The notes under the pieces: model-generated | The model's input: only the letters and a program-made list of their open reading frames with translations | What the model was told of the DNA's origin: nothing | Database searches by the model: none | Part shown: one piece after another, positions 17,615-28,066 of the stretch | How positions within the stretch are numbered: the stretch's first letter is position 1 | Layout: every line of letters starts with the position of its first letter | Virus record (IMG/VR): IMGVR_UViG_3300032236_001304 | Span: 1 to 64,000 of that record | From: a virus | Reading direction: 5' to 3' (one strand) | DNA length: 64,000 bases | Translations under genes and position numbers: made by a program

Positions 17615-18252
17615 TTTATAACGAAGATTGTTTAGATACACTTAATCGTAATTTAGAATACGATTATATTATCACCTCTCCACCGGATTTTGATGAGATT
17701 GGTGCAGATACTAAAGATATAAAACCTTATATTGAATTCTTAAAAGAACGTTTTGCAAAATTTAATCCTAAAAACGATGTAGTAACAATATTCGTTTCAG
17801 ATAGGAAAGCAGAAGGAACTGTCATTCAAAAGCATAATATTATTTCTAATATAATGATTGAGAATGGGTGGCAATTAAAGACTCAAAAAATTTGGGTTAA
17901 AAAAGAAGATACAATTGATATGTACCGACATGGTTATACTTTTATTCTTACATTTGGTAGAAACAATTCTAAACATCCATTATTACCGGATGTATTTAGT
18001 GAACGATTTGTACCAGCTACACCAGAATATACTTACAATTTTTCACCTAATATTGTAAAACAATTTGTTGAAAAATATACAACTAAAAATCAAATAGTTT
18101 TTGACCCATTTATGGGTAGTGGAACTACGGCAATTGTATGTGTAGAAAATGGTAGAAATTATGTAGGTAGTGAAATTATTGAAATAACCTGTAAAATTGC
18201 TGAGAATAGAATTAGTAAAATTATAAATGCAGATAAATTTTTTAAACTATAA
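17611..18252 (+). CDS. N4/N6 DNA methyltransferase, beta-class motif order
   Basis: TSPPDF (motif IV variant) precedes FDPFMGSGTT (motif I). Confidence 0.8.
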   Translation: MIYNEDCLDTLNRNLEYDYIITSPPDFDEIGADTKDIKPYIEFLKERFAKFNPKNDVVTIFVSDRKAEGTVIQKHNIISNIMIENGWQLKTQKIWVKKEDTIDMYRHGYTFILTFGRNNSKHPLLPDVFSERFVPATPEYTYNFSPNIVKQFVEKYTTKNQIVFDPFMGSGTTAIVCVENGRNYVGSEIIEITCKIAENRISKIINADKFFKL

Positions 18253-18255
18253 ATT

Positions 18256-18957
18256 ATGAAACAAAGAACAAAAACGGCTGAAGAAATAAAAGCAAACTAT
18301 GATAAGTTTATTGCTATTATTAAGAAGTATTTTACCGGTGAAAGATTAGACAAGTTATTGTTTATGTATTCCGAAGATGAATTGGGTATGAATTTAGCAA
18401 TGTCTCCTGCAAGTGGGAGATTACTTTATCACAATTGTTATGATGGGGGATATATTGACCATATCTTTAACGTATGCAAAAATGCATTAAAAGTAAAAGA
18501 ATTATTTGCATTGCAAGGTGGTAAGATTGATTTTACCGATGAAGAATTAATGTTTGCCGCATTACACCATGACTTAGGTAAATTAGGTACAAAAGGAAAT
18601 ATTCATTATGTAAAAAATACAAATAAGTGGGAAATTGAAAATAGAATGGATTTCTATAAAAGAAATGATGATATCCCATTTATGAGTTTAACGGATAGAA
18701 CTTTCTTTACATTGCAACACTATGGTATTAGTTATACTGAAAATGAATATTTTGGTATTAAACTTACCGATGGGTTATATGATGAAGATAATGAAAAATA
18801 TTTAAAAACATTTAATGTTAAAAACACATTACGTTCAACCATTCAGTACATATTACATTGGGCAGATTTTATGAGTACAATTATTGAACGTCAAGAAGAA
18901 TTATCAAAACAGTCAGAAAAAACTGACAACTTTACTTTTAATGTTGGAAAATTCTAA
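18256..18957 (+). CDS. HD-domain phosphohydrolase/nuclease (YhaM-like)
   Basis: SPAS..YH..GGYIDH..HHDLGK..LHWAD. Confidence 0.8.
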   Translation: MKQRTKTAEEIKANYDKFIAIIKKYFTGERLDKLLFMYSEDELGMNLAMSPASGRLLYHNCYDGGYIDHIFNVCKNALKVKELFALQGGKIDFTDEELMFAALHHDLGKLGTKGNIHYVKNTNKWEIENRMDFYKRNDDIPFMSLTDRTFFTLQHYGISYTENEYFGIKLTDGLYDEDNEKYLKTFNVKNTLRSTIQYILHWADFMSTIIERQEELSKQSEKTDNFTFNVGKF

Positions 18958-19034
18958 CAAATTGTCAGTTTATACCCAATGGTATGAGATTTGTATTATA
19001 TAGAATATTATTAACAAAACAAAAACATTAAATT

Positions 19035-19442
19035 ATGTATTTAGTAGATTACAACAAATTGATTGAAGATTGGTTCACAAATGATTACAGCCAAAATTGG
19101 AAAACATCAGGTACAAAATCTTACAAAGTATCAGCACAAAGATTAGCAATTGATATTACCGATGAAACATTACAAATCGGATTATTAGTTCCTGGACATT
19201 CCGCAGAAACATTAACATTAGATTATGACTCTGATAAAATTAGGGTTAAATCTAAACCAAACGAAACAACTCCTTCTAAAATTGAAAATGAATTAGTATT
19301 ATCAATAGATGAAACATTAAGCATTGGAAAAGATTGGGATGGTGCACAGGCGGAAGCGACAATTACAAACGGTGTTCTTTATATATCTATTCCAAAGTTT
19401 GAGGAAAGAAAGCCAAAAAAATTATCCATTAAAGTTGGATAG
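19035..19442 (+). CDS. small heat shock protein (Hsp20/alpha-crystallin)
   Basis: VPG..AEATITNGVLYISIPK..PKKLSIK. Confidence 0.8.
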   Translation: MYLVDYNKLIEDWFTNDYSQNWKTSGTKSYKVSAQRLAIDITDETLQIGLLVPGHSAETLTLDYDSDKIRVKSKPNETTPSKIENELVLSIDETLSIGKDWDGAQAEATITNGVLYISIPKFEERKPKKLSIKVG

Positions 19443-19464
19443 TTCAGTTATTTTTAGTATCTTT

Positions 19465-19495
19465 AAGGGTAGTCACAAAAGACTACCCTTTTTTT
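19465..19495 (+). terminator. intrinsic terminator overlapping the next promoter (TATCTTTA 19458-19465)
   Basis: AAGGGTAGTC-acaaaa-GACTACCCTT followed by a T tract. Confidence 0.85.
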
Positions 19496-19499
19496 ATTT

Positions 19500-20390
19500 A
19501 TGGCAGAATATTCACAAGTATTACCCTTACGAACCGATATAAAGGTGGTAGACCAATTTGGATTCTTACCCCTATCAATTAATAGACCTACCAAAGAATC
19601 GAAGCTAAAGTGGCACGATGCATATCTTAACGATGGTATGGATGAACAACGCCGTAGTGACACATCAGAGTTTTTACCAGGCTATACATTCTCCGAATTC
19701 CACGCAGGCTTAGCTGAGCAAGTATATAAGTTTTGGAGTATGAAAGGTAGTAAGGTAGTTGACCCATTTGCAGGTAGAGTAACAAGAGGATTTGTTGCAA
19801 CTAAGTTAGGTAGAGATTATACCGGATTTGAAATTTCACCAAGAACATATGAAAGAGTACAAACACATTTTGAAGCGCATGGGGTTAAACCACATGTAAT
19901 TAATAGTGATGGTACTTTAATGGAAGAAATTTCAGATAAGAGTGCAGATTTAATTTTTACTTGTCCACCTTACTTTAATTTAGAAAGATACGAATCAGTT
20001 CCTGGTCAATTAAGTGATGAGAATAGATACGAATCATTTATGAGCAAAATTGATGTTTGTATTTCTAATTGCTATAGAGTTTTAAAGAGTGGAGCATTTG
20101 CATGTTGGGTTGTAGGTGATTTAAGGACGGGTGGTGAGTTTCAAAACTTTCATGGAGATGTTATCAATTCTTTCAAAAAGCACGGATTTAATCAGCACGA
20201 TATAGTTATACTAGAAAATATTTCACCATTCGCAGCATTACAAATTGGAAAAACTGCGGCAAAACGTTACACATCGAAGGTACATGAATACCTTTTAGTT
20301 TTCAGAAAGCCAGGAGATTATGAGATTCCAAAATATTGCTCACCTGATGAATTAGAACAAGAAACAAAATTAGCAGAATTTTTTAAATAA
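19500..20390 (+). CDS. N4/N6 DNA methyltransferase, alpha-class motif order
   Basis: VDPFAG precedes FTCPPY; HEYLLVFRK. Confidence 0.8.
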   Translation: MAEYSQVLPLRTDIKVVDQFGFLPLSINRPTKESKLKWHDAYLNDGMDEQRRSDTSEFLPGYTFSEFHAGLAEQVYKFWSMKGSKVVDPFAGRVTRGFVATKLGRDYTGFEISPRTYERVQTHFEAHGVKPHVINSDGTLMEEISDKSADLIFTCPPYFNLERYESVPGQLSDENRYESFMSKIDVCISNCYRVLKSGAFACWVVGDLRTGGEFQNFHGDVINSFKKHGFNQHDIVILENISPFAALQIGKTAAKRYTSKVHEYLLVFRKPGDYEIPKYCSPDELEQETKLAEFFK

Positions 20391-20396
20391 ACAAAT

Positions 20397-20579
20397 ATGA
20401 GATACAAAGAACAAATCAGAAAACAATTAGAGAACATTGAAATTAGAGTTAATTATTTGAAACAAGCAACTGAGGGTAGTAAACCAATTACACCTACGGA
20501 TGCTATTAAAATGATTGATGAAGTTTTATATAGTTTAGGTAAAGTTAACGAATTAGTAGATTTAGAAAGAGAGGGATAA
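20397..20579 (+). CDS. hypothetical protein
   Basis: 60-aa helical ORF, stop overlaps next start. Confidence 0.6.
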   Translation: MRYKEQIRKQLENIEIRVNYLKQATEGSKPITPTDAIKMIDEVLYSLGKVNELVDLEREG

Positions 20580-21667
20580 TGAACTGGCTAAAATGGTTGG
20601 TTGGTATTTCGGCAATAATCATAGCAGGTTGTGCCGCATTCTTTTCAGTAACAGGATTGGGTGTTCTATTTAGTGGAGCGGCCACTTCTGTTATGGTGAT
20701 GGCTGGAGCATTGGAGTTCGCTAAATTAGTGTCAGCAACTTATTTGAAGCAAGAATGGGACACTATTAAGGGATTTAACAAATGGTATCTAACATCGGCG
20801 GTCGCATTATTAATGTTAATCACATCAGCTGGTATTTTTGGTTATCTTTCTAACGCTTTTCAACAACAAAATCTTAAATTACAACAAGTAGATAGAGAAA
20901 TTGCAGTTTATACAACAAAAATAGAACAAAATCAGTCACAAATTACTCAACTAAACACTCAATTAACCAATTTATCCTCAACACAAGGTAAAATTTTGGA
21001 TAATGGTAAGGTAAATAATCGTTTATTAAAGAGTATTGATAGTAAAGATAAGCAAAGTGCACAAATTAATAAAAAAATTAGTGATTTGCAAGATGAAAAT
21101 TCTAAAAATAACGAAGAAATCAACAAAATTAAGATTTCTAACTTAGATTTGGAGAAAGAAGTGGGTGGATTCCGATTTGTAGCCGAAGCTTTTGGTGTAG
21201 AATTGAAAAAAGTAGTAAAATTCTTCATATTTTTGATTGTAATTGTGTTTGACCCGCTAGCGGTAGCACTTATTATCGCATTTAATGGATTAATTGCTAA
21301 AAAAGAAGAAGAAATTAAACATTTTCCTGGTCCAATCGCATTAGGTCAACAAGCTGAAGCAAAAGACTATGAAGCCGGTATGACTGATGATGAATTACGT
21401 GGTTTAGATGATTTAATGGAAGAAAACTATAAGAATTATGAGGTATATGGTGATAAAACCGAAGAAACCCCTATAATACAACAAAATCCAATACCATATT
21501 ACGAAGAACCTGATTTTAATTGGGATAACAAGAATTTGTGGATAAATAATCCAGCAGCAGTGAAATATTGGATGCAAAATGGTAATTCTATTCACAAATA
21601 CAATAAATTATATAGAGACCATCTAAAAGAGATAGATAATAACGATACAACAACAAAAACATATTAA
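20579..21667 (+). CDS. membrane protein with coiled coil
   Basis: Three N-terminal TM segments ([26 protein letters not shown]), heptad region, [12 protein letters not shown]. Confidence 0.75.
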   Translation: MNWLKWLVGISAIIIAGCAAFFSVTGLGVLFSGAATSVMVMAGALEFAKLVSATYLKQEWDTIKGFNKWYLTSAVALLMLITSAGIFGYLSNAFQQQNLKLQQVDREIAVYTTKIEQNQSQITQLNTQLTNLSSTQGKILDNGKVNNRLLKSIDSKDKQSAQINKKISDLQDENSKNNEEINKIKISNLDLEKEVGGFRFVAEAFGVELKKVVKFFIFLIVIVFDPLAVALIIAFNGLIAKKEEEIKHFPGPIALGQQAEAKDYEAGMTDDELRGLDDLMEENYKNYEVYGDKTEETPIIQQNPIPYYEEPDFNWDNKNLWINNPAAVKYWMQNGNSIHKYNKLYRDHLKEIDNNDTTTKTY

Positions 21668-21671
21668 AATA

Positions 21672-22196
21672 ATGCAACTAGGACAATATTCATATAGTGA
21701 TGGTGGAATAAAAATAATAAGTGAACCATCTCATAATACCGAATTAATTATAGGTAAATTTTGTTCTATTGCAGCAAATGTTACGGTATTTTTAGGTAAT
21801 AATCATAGAACTGATTGGATTAGTACATATCCATTTGGACATGCACATCAAAATACTTTTAATAAATTTAATGGGGAAGGACACCCATCTACAAAAGGTA
21901 ATGTAATTATTGGTAATGATGTATACATCGGAACATCAGCTGTTATTATGAGTGGTGTTACAATTGGTGATGGGGCAGTTATTGGAGCAAGTAGTGTAGT
22001 TACTAAAGATGTACCACCATATACTATTTATGCAGGAAATCCAGCTGTATTTAAGAAAAAAAGATTTAGTGATGAAGATATTAACTTTTTATTAGATTTA
22101 AAATGGTGGGATTTGGAAAATAGTGTTATAAACGATATTTCACCCATATTATGTTCGGGTGATATGCAAAAATTAAAAGATTACTTTAAAAAATAA
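21672..22196 (+). CDS. CatB/Vat-like hexapeptide O-acetyltransferase
   Basis: [41 protein letters not shown]. Confidence 0.9.
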   Translation: MQLGQYSYSDGGIKIISEPSHNTELIIGKFCSIAANVTVFLGNNHRTDWISTYPFGHAHQNTFNKFNGEGHPSTKGNVIIGNDVYIGTSAVIMSGVTIGDGAVIGASSVVTKDVPPYTIYAGNPAVFKKKRFSDEDINFLLDLKWWDLENSVINDISPILCSGDMQKLKDYFKK

Positions 22197-22199
22197 AAT

Positions 22200-22832
22200 A
22201 TGTATTCAGTTATTATACCTACAATGTGGAAATGTGATAGATTCCAACAAACACTTAGAGAATTAAGTGCACATGAGTTAGTTGGGGAAATTATTTTAAT
22301 AGATAACACCCAAAATGATTTAAAACTAGAATTGCCAAAATTAATTCATATTTTAGAAGGAAAAAATACTTATGTTACCGCACCTTGGAATAAAGGAGTT
22401 AAAATATCAAAGTATGATAAACTTTTAATTCTAAATGATGATATTTTTATGAATTGGAATATTTTAGATATACTATATCCACATATTACGGAACAGATTG
22501 GTTTAATTGGTTTGGATGAAATTGAGTATAATACTGAACCAAATAAGGAGTTTGGGTTAGAACCAATTGAAAGAAGAAATGGTGGGTGGGGGTGCGCAAT
22601 ATTTGTTCATAAAGAAAACTATTCACCAATACCTGAGGAAATGAAATTATGGGGACAAGATGATTGGTTATTTGTAAAAGCAAGAAATAGAAGAAAACAA
22701 AACTATAAATTGGTGGGATGCAGAATAAATGGCGAATTATCAGTAACAAATGATATTTTGGATACTGACCCAATCATTAGAAAAATAAGAGAAAACGATT
22801 TACGATTAAAACAACAATATAATTTATTTTAG
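22200..22832 (+). CDS. glycosyltransferase family 2
   Basis: SVIIPT, EIILIDN, WNKG, LNDD, GQDDW. Confidence 0.8.
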   Translation: MYSVIIPTMWKCDRFQQTLRELSAHELVGEIILIDNTQNDLKLELPKLIHILEGKNTYVTAPWNKGVKISKYDKLLILNDDIFMNWNILDILYPHITEQIGLIGLDEIEYNTEPNKEFGLEPIERRNGGWGCAIFVHKENYSPIPEEMKLWGQDDWLFVKARNRRKQNYKLVGCRINGELSVTNDILDTDPIIRKIRENDLRLKQQYNLF

Positions 22833-22834
22833 TT

Positions 22835-23491
22835 ATGTACTTACAAACACCTTACAAAATCAATTACGATACAACGAAATATGATTTTAGAAAAATAGTT
22901 TCAGAAATGTTAGAAGTATGGGAAGGTGATACTACCCCATTAGAAGATTTACATACATTGGAACATTATGATTTATTAGTTAGAGAAAAAGACCAATCTA
23001 CAATTTGGCATAAAAGATATTATGAAAAATATAAAACACAATTCTTACCAACCTATTTAGAATTAGTTAAAGAACTTAAAGAAAGGTTTGGGTATGATGA
23101 AATTATATATCAGGCTATCCCAACGTTCAGAGTTCAATTAGCGGAAGGTAATTTAGGAGTTGGTGAATGGCATAAAGATAGTACTTACAATCATGGAGTG
23201 ACAGAAGTAAACTTTTGGATGCCATTTGTAAATACCAACGAACAAAATACAATATGGATGGAGAGTGTAGAGGATAAAGGTGATTACAAACCATATACGG
23301 TTAATTACGGTGAAATATTGGTATTTAGTGGTGCTAATCTATTTCATGGTAATAAAAACAATGATAGTAACCAAACTAGAGTATCAGTTGATTTTCGTTT
23401 AGTAGATCCAGCTAAATTTATACCAAATGAGGCAGGTTCAATTAATATGAAGGCAAAATTTGATATTGGTGGATATTTTGAAAAAATTTAA
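22835..23491 (+). CDS. StrG-like 2OG-Fe(II) oxygenase
   Basis: PTFRV..WHKD..H..EVNFWMP..LFHGN..TRVSVDFR. Confidence 0.7.
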   Translation: MYLQTPYKINYDTTKYDFRKIVSEMLEVWEGDTTPLEDLHTLEHYDLLVREKDQSTIWHKRYYEKYKTQFLPTYLELVKELKERFGYDEIIYQAIPTFRVQLAEGNLGVGEWHKDSTYNHGVTEVNFWMPFVNTNEQNTIWMESVEDKGDYKPYTVNYGEILVFSGANLFHGNKNNDSNQTRVSVDFRLVDPAKFIPNEAGSINMKAKFDIGGYFEKI

Positions 23492-23500
23492 TTAAAAATT

Positions 23501-23911
23501 ATGGCATATAGTGATAAAGTATTGGACCATTATAGTAACCCTAAGAATGTAGGAACTCTGGATAAGAGTAAATCTAATGTGGGTACTGGTTTAGTAGGAG
23601 CACCTGAATGTGGTGATGTGATGAGATTACAAATCGAAGTGGAGAACAACATCATAACAGATGCTAAGTTCAAAACCTTTGGATGTGGTTCTGCAATTGC
23701 AGCTAGTTCCCTAGCAACTGAATGGTTGAAAGGAAAGAGTTTGGATGAGGCAGTAACAATTGATAATATGGATTTGGTAGAGGAATTGAATCTACCACCT
23801 GTTAAAATACATTGTTCGGTGTTGGCTGAGGATGCAATCAAATCGGCAATTAACGATTATAGAAAAAAACAAGGATTAGAAGAATTAATTTTTGAAGAAA
23901 CTCACATATAA
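23501..23911 (+). CDS. iscU: Fe-S cluster scaffold IscU
   Basis: GAPECGDVM, FKTFGCGSAIA, LPPVKIHCSVLAEDA. Confidence 0.97.
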   Translation: MAYSDKVLDHYSNPKNVGTLDKSKSNVGTGLVGAPECGDVMRLQIEVENNIITDAKFKTFGCGSAIAASSLATEWLKGKSLDEAVTIDNMDLVEELNLPPVKIHCSVLAEDAIKSAINDYRKKQGLEELIFEETHI

Positions 23912-24243
23912 TGGTAACAATTTCAGAAAAAGCATTAAATCATGTAATCAATCTAATGGTGGAAGCCGGAATGACACCGGAAACACATAATTTAAGAGTT
24001 GGTGTTAAGGGTGGTGGATGTAGTGGATTATCTTATACAATGGATTTTGATGACATTATAACCGATATGGATGAAGTGGTAGAAGTAGATAGTGGATTGA
24101 AAGTAGTAATAGATAAAAAATCAGTTTTATACCTATTTGGAACACAACTTACTTATTCCGATGGTTTGAATGGTAAAGGATTTCAATGGGAAAATCCTAA
24201 CGCAAGTAGAACGTGTGGATGTGGAGAAAGTTTTGCATTATAA
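23911..24243 (+). CDS. iscA: Fe-S carrier IscA/HesB
   Basis: GGGCSGLSY, NPNASRTCGCGESF. Confidence 0.95.
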   Translation: MVTISEKALNHVINLMVEAGMTPETHNLRVGVKGGGCSGLSYTMDFDDIITDMDEVVEVDSGLKVVIDKKSVLYLFGTQLTYSDGLNGKGFQWENPNASRTCGCGESFAL

Positions 24244-24256
24244 ATGCTACTTATTA

Positions 24257-24288
24257 TTTGGAAATTAAATTAATTAAATGTATATTTG
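24257..24288 (+). promoter_or_regulatory. Bacteroidota-type promoter
   Basis: TTTG, 20-nt spacer, TATATTTG. Confidence 0.7.
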
Positions 24289-24305
24289 TTTAATAAACAT
24301 TACAT

Positions 24306-24923
24306 ATGATAAAAATAGTAACAGAAACATCGGTATTAAGAAAACCAATTCCTAACACACCATTTACAAAAGAAGAACAAGATTTAGCAACAGCAGCATT
24401 ATTAACATCCGTAACCGAACAACAAGGTTTAGGTATGAGTGCAAATCAAATTGGATTAAATAAAAGAATTTGTGTAGTTAATGTAAGAGAAACTCCATTG
24501 GTATTAGTTAATCCAGAAATTGTTGAAGAAGGACAAGATAAGTTAATTTATTTTGAAGGTTGTTTATCTTTACCTAAAACTATGAAAAAACCTATTAAGA
24601 CAGTTCGTTCTTATAGTGTTAAAGTAAAAGCAGATAATTTTCCTGAAGTATTAGAATTTAAAACAGAAACTAGAAATCATAAAGATATTAATGAATTATT
24701 TAGTGATGTTGATTTATTAGAATCGGTTTGTGTTCAACATGAAATTGACCATTTAAACGGAATTACAATTAGAGATAGACAATATACTGAAACTGTCCGT
24801 TTAACTTCATTTGCTAAATTGGGTAGAAATGAAAAACTTTTATTAAAGAAGGGCGAAGAAACACTTTCAGTTAAGAAAAAGAATTTATCAACTTACTTAG
24901 AACAAGGATGGGAGGTAGCATAA
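24306..24923 (+). CDS. def: peptide deformylase
   Basis: GLGMSANQIG, EGCLS, QHEIDHLNG. Confidence 0.95.
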   Translation: MIKIVTETSVLRKPIPNTPFTKEEQDLATAALLTSVTEQQGLGMSANQIGLNKRICVVNVRETPLVLVNPEIVEEGQDKLIYFEGCLSLPKTMKKPIKTVRSYSVKVKADNFPEVLEFKTETRNHKDINELFSDVDLLESVCVQHEIDHLNGITIRDRQYTETVRLTSFAKLGRNEKLLLKKGEETLSVKKKNLSTYLEQGWEVA

Positions 24924-24924
24924 T

Positions 24925-25197
24925 ATGATAATAACAATATTAATATTACTTACACTTACATTGACCTACATCATTTGGAATCTTCTAAAGAAATTAGAAA
25001 AATTAGAAGAATTAGTAGAAGCACAGGATGTAAAATTACAATATAATGTAGATAAACTTATTGCTATGTATATGGCAATGAAAGAGATTGATACCAATGG
25101 TGCATTTGAAAGTGATGATGAAGTTGGAACTATATTCAACGATTTAAAAGAAACTATTGAAAAAAACTTAAAAGAAATAGAAGAAACTAATGGGTAG
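24925..25197 (+). CDS. membrane-anchored coiled-coil protein
   Basis: N-terminal TM; FESDDEVG. Confidence 0.65.
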   Translation: MIITILILLTLTLTYIIWNLLKKLEKLEELVEAQDVKLQYNVDKLIAMYMAMKEIDTNGAFESDDEVGTIFNDLKETIEKNLKEIEETNG

Positions 25198-25918
25198 AAA
25201 GAAAAAAGACACCCGTTATTTTACGGAGCAAACAGAAGCAGCTATTATCGCATATAATAAATCCGATAATCAATTAGAAAGAAATAAATTATACGCTGAA
25301 CATATTCATTATTCATTTTATAAGTTAGCGGAGAACGTATTAAATACTTGGGGATTTACATACTTTGATGATGATAAAGAGGATATTAAACATGAAGTAA
25401 TATCATTCCTATTAGAAAAAATACATAAGTTTGAAGAGGGTAAGGGTAAAGCATTTAGTTATTTTACTATTGCAGCTCGTAACTATCTTATATTAAATAA
25501 TAATGCAAATTATAAAAGATTTAAAGCAACATCACAATTAAGTGTAATGCCAGATAGTTGGGATTTAGAAAATGATTTTAAACAAACGGCACACAATGAA
25601 GAATTTAAAACATTTAATGAACGAATGTTACAATATTGGGATTTAAATCTTAATAGAGAATTTACAAAGAAAAGAGATATTCAAATTGCAGATGCTGTTT
25701 TAGAATTATTTAGAAGAGCAGAGTATATTGAGTCATTTAATAAAAAATCGTTATACTTATTGGTGAGAGAAATGACAGGTTATAAAACACACTATATAAC
25801 TAAAGTTGTTTCTAAAATGAAAGAAACTCAAATGAAATTGTATTATCAATTTTTAGATGAGGGGGATATTACACAAGAATCTAAAGATCCATTTTGGAAA
25901 AGAGTAATTGTTAAATGA
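25190..25918 (+). CDS. phage sigma factor, T4 gp55-like (late transcription)
   Basis: RYFT.., KIHKF..KAFSYFTIAARN resembles the gp55 region-2 motif F(A/S)YFT. Confidence 0.65.
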   Translation: MGRKKKDTRYFTEQTEAAIIAYNKSDNQLERNKLYAEHIHYSFYKLAENVLNTWGFTYFDDDKEDIKHEVISFLLEKIHKFEEGKGKAFSYFTIAARNYLILNNNANYKRFKATSQLSVMPDSWDLENDFKQTAHNEEFKTFNERMLQYWDLNLNREFTKKRDIQIADAVLELFRRAEYIESFNKKSLYLLVREMTGYKTHYITKVVSKMKETQMKLYYQFLDEGDITQESKDPFWKRVIVK

Positions 25919-27609
25919 GAATATTAGGAATATCAGCTTTTTATCACGATTCAGCTGCAGCACTTATTGTTGATGGTAAAGTATTTTCAGCACAAGAAGA
26001 AGAAAGATTTACAGGTATAAAACACGACCAAAGATTTCCCATTAATTCTATTAAGTGGATTTTAAAACAAAATAAACTTAAGATTAATCAAATAGATAAG
26101 ATTGTTTGGTACGAAGATCCTAAAAAGAAATATGAAAGATTTAAGGAACAATACCATAAATATTTTCCTAAAACTTGGAGATTAACTAAAAAATTATTAA
26201 CTTGGAAATCTAATAATGATATTGATTCTATTATTAGAAATACTTTAGGTTATAAAGGTAATATAGAATATGTAGAACATCATCTTTCTCATTTAGCATA
26301 TTCATTTTATACATCACCATTTACCGATGCACATTTATTTTCCGTTGATGGAGTTGGTGAAAACGAAACAGCAGTATTAGGTTTAGGTTTAAAAGGTAAA
26401 TACATCCAACAATTAGAAAGAAACTTTTTCCCACATTCATTGGGTTTATTATACGCATCAGTTACGGCATTTTTAGGATTCAAACCTAATAGTGGTGAAT
26501 ACAAAGTAATGGGATTGGCAGCATGGGGAAATGATAAAGATGTTTATAGAGAACAATTTGAAAAGCTAGCAAAACTAAACGGAAACACATTAGAATTGGA
26601 TATGAAATATTTTTCATTCCATTATTCAGAAAGAGGTATGTTTACTTCTAAAATGGCTGAGTTATTTAATATTGCACCTAGAACACCCGAAAGTGAGATA
26701 GAGCCACAATATATGGACATTGCATTTTCCTTACAAGCGCATTACGAAAGATTATTCTTTGCAATGTTAAATAAATTTCATTCACACTACCCAATGGATA
26801 ATTTATGTTTAAGTGGTGGTTGTGCATATAATGGTTTAGCAAATGGTAAGATAACACTAAATACTCCTTATAAGAATGTTTATGTACCACCTGCTCCTTC
26901 TGATGCAGGTAGTGCTATTGGTTGTGCATTGTATGTTTGGAATAAAGATGTTACTAAAATCAATATGACAAACACAACACCCTATTTAGGACCACATTAT
27001 ACTCACGCTGATTATAGAAATGCAATTGAACAATTGGTCCCAAAGGATAAATGGGAAAACACTACTAATCCAATAACACTTACTAAAAAAGTTGCTAAAT
27101 TAATTAATGATGGTGCAATTATAGGTTGGTTCAAAGGTAATAGTGAATTTGGACAAAGAGCATTAGGACATCGTTCTATTTTAGCTAACCCAACTATTCC
27201 AGATATTAAACCTAAAGTAAATAGAGTTATCAAAAAAAGAGAAGGTTTCCGACCATTTGCACCTATGGTAATTGCAGATGAAGCTAATAACTACTTTGAA
27301 ATGTTAGGACAAGAAGTTCCTTATATGAATCAGGTATTTAAAGTTAAGGATGATTTTATTGCAGGTTTACCATCAATTACTCACGCCGATGGAACAGCAA
27401 GAGTTCAGACAGTAAAAAGAGAATTTAACACAGACATATATTTCTTACTTAAAGAATTTAAAAAATTAAGTGGATATCCTATTCTACTTAACACCTCATT
27501 TAATTTAAGAGGTCAAACAATGGTATTAGACCCTGTAACAGCTATTAAAACATTTTACGATTGTGAAATGGATTATTTGGTGTTGGGTAGTTATATCATT
27601 AGTAAGTAA
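25915..27609 (+). CDS. carbamoyltransferase (NodU/CmcH/TobZ family)
   Basis: HDSAAA, EEERF, HHLSH, DGVGE, EYKVMGLA, GGCAYN, EFGQRALGHRSIL, RPFAP, LNTSFN. Confidence 0.93.
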   Translation: MRILGISAFYHDSAAALIVDGKVFSAQEEERFTGIKHDQRFPINSIKWILKQNKLKINQIDKIVWYEDPKKKYERFKEQYHKYFPKTWRLTKKLLTWKSNNDIDSIIRNTLGYKGNIEYVEHHLSHLAYSFYTSPFTDAHLFSVDGVGENETAVLGLGLKGKYIQQLERNFFPHSLGLLYASVTAFLGFKPNSGEYKVMGLAAWGNDKDVYREQFEKLAKLNGNTLELDMKYFSFHYSERGMFTSKMAELFNIAPRTPESEIEPQYMDIAFSLQAHYERLFFAMLNKFHSHYPMDNLCLSGGCAYNGLANGKITLNTPYKNVYVPPAPSDAGSAIGCALYVWNKDVTKINMTNTTPYLGPHYTHADYRNAIEQLVPKDKWENTTNPITLTKKVAKLINDGAIIGWFKGNSEFGQRALGHRSILANPTIPDIKPKVNRVIKKREGFRPFAPMVIADEANNYFEMLGQEVPYMNQVFKVKDDFIAGLPSITHADGTARVQTVKREFNTDIYFLLKEFKKLSGYPILLNTSFNLRGQTMVLDPVTAIKTFYDCEMDYLVLGSYIISK

Positions 27610-27643
27610 GTTTTTAATTACACAATATTTATAAAAAAGATTT

Positions 27644-28066
27644 ATGGCAAATGTAGACATGAATTTTCCTTTATTTAAGGGAAAAACATTTAGTGATTTG
27701 TTGGGAGATATTTATGAGAACCAACAAAGTAAAAAGAAAAACATTTCAGGTCTTATCGAAGAAATGAGAAAGTTGGTAACTAAACCATCCGATGTAATTA
27801 CTATTGGTCCTATTATTACTCAATTGATAGAAGCTAGTATTAGTAATGATGACCACCTTATTAAAATTGCAAACATAGCACAAAAATTGGTATTAGCAAA
27901 CACTAAGAAGGCAGGTGATGAAGGGTGGTTAAGTGAAGATGATAAAAAAGCATTGTTAGAAGAAATGGACACGGTTGCAAAAGAAATCACACAAAATACC
28001 GAAGATAAGATTGAAGATTTAGAATTTGAGATTGAAAACTTAAAAGAAACATTAGGAAATAAATAA
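27644..28066 (+). CDS. helical hypothetical protein at the start of the late block
   Basis: 140 aa, preceded by ATATTTAT 27625-27632. Confidence 0.7.
   Translation: MANVDMNFPLFKGKTFSDLLGDIYENQQSKKKNISGLIEEMRKLVTKPSDVITIGPIITQLIEASISNDDHLIKIANIAQKLVLANTKKAGDEGWLSEDDKKALLEEMDTVAKEITQNTEDKIEDLEFEIENLKETLGNK

Noticed and set aside
21672-22196. Antibiotic resistance gene (cat/vat)
   Set aside because: The hexapeptide acetyltransferase sits next to a GT2, so sugar O-acetylation is more plausible; resistance is unsupported.
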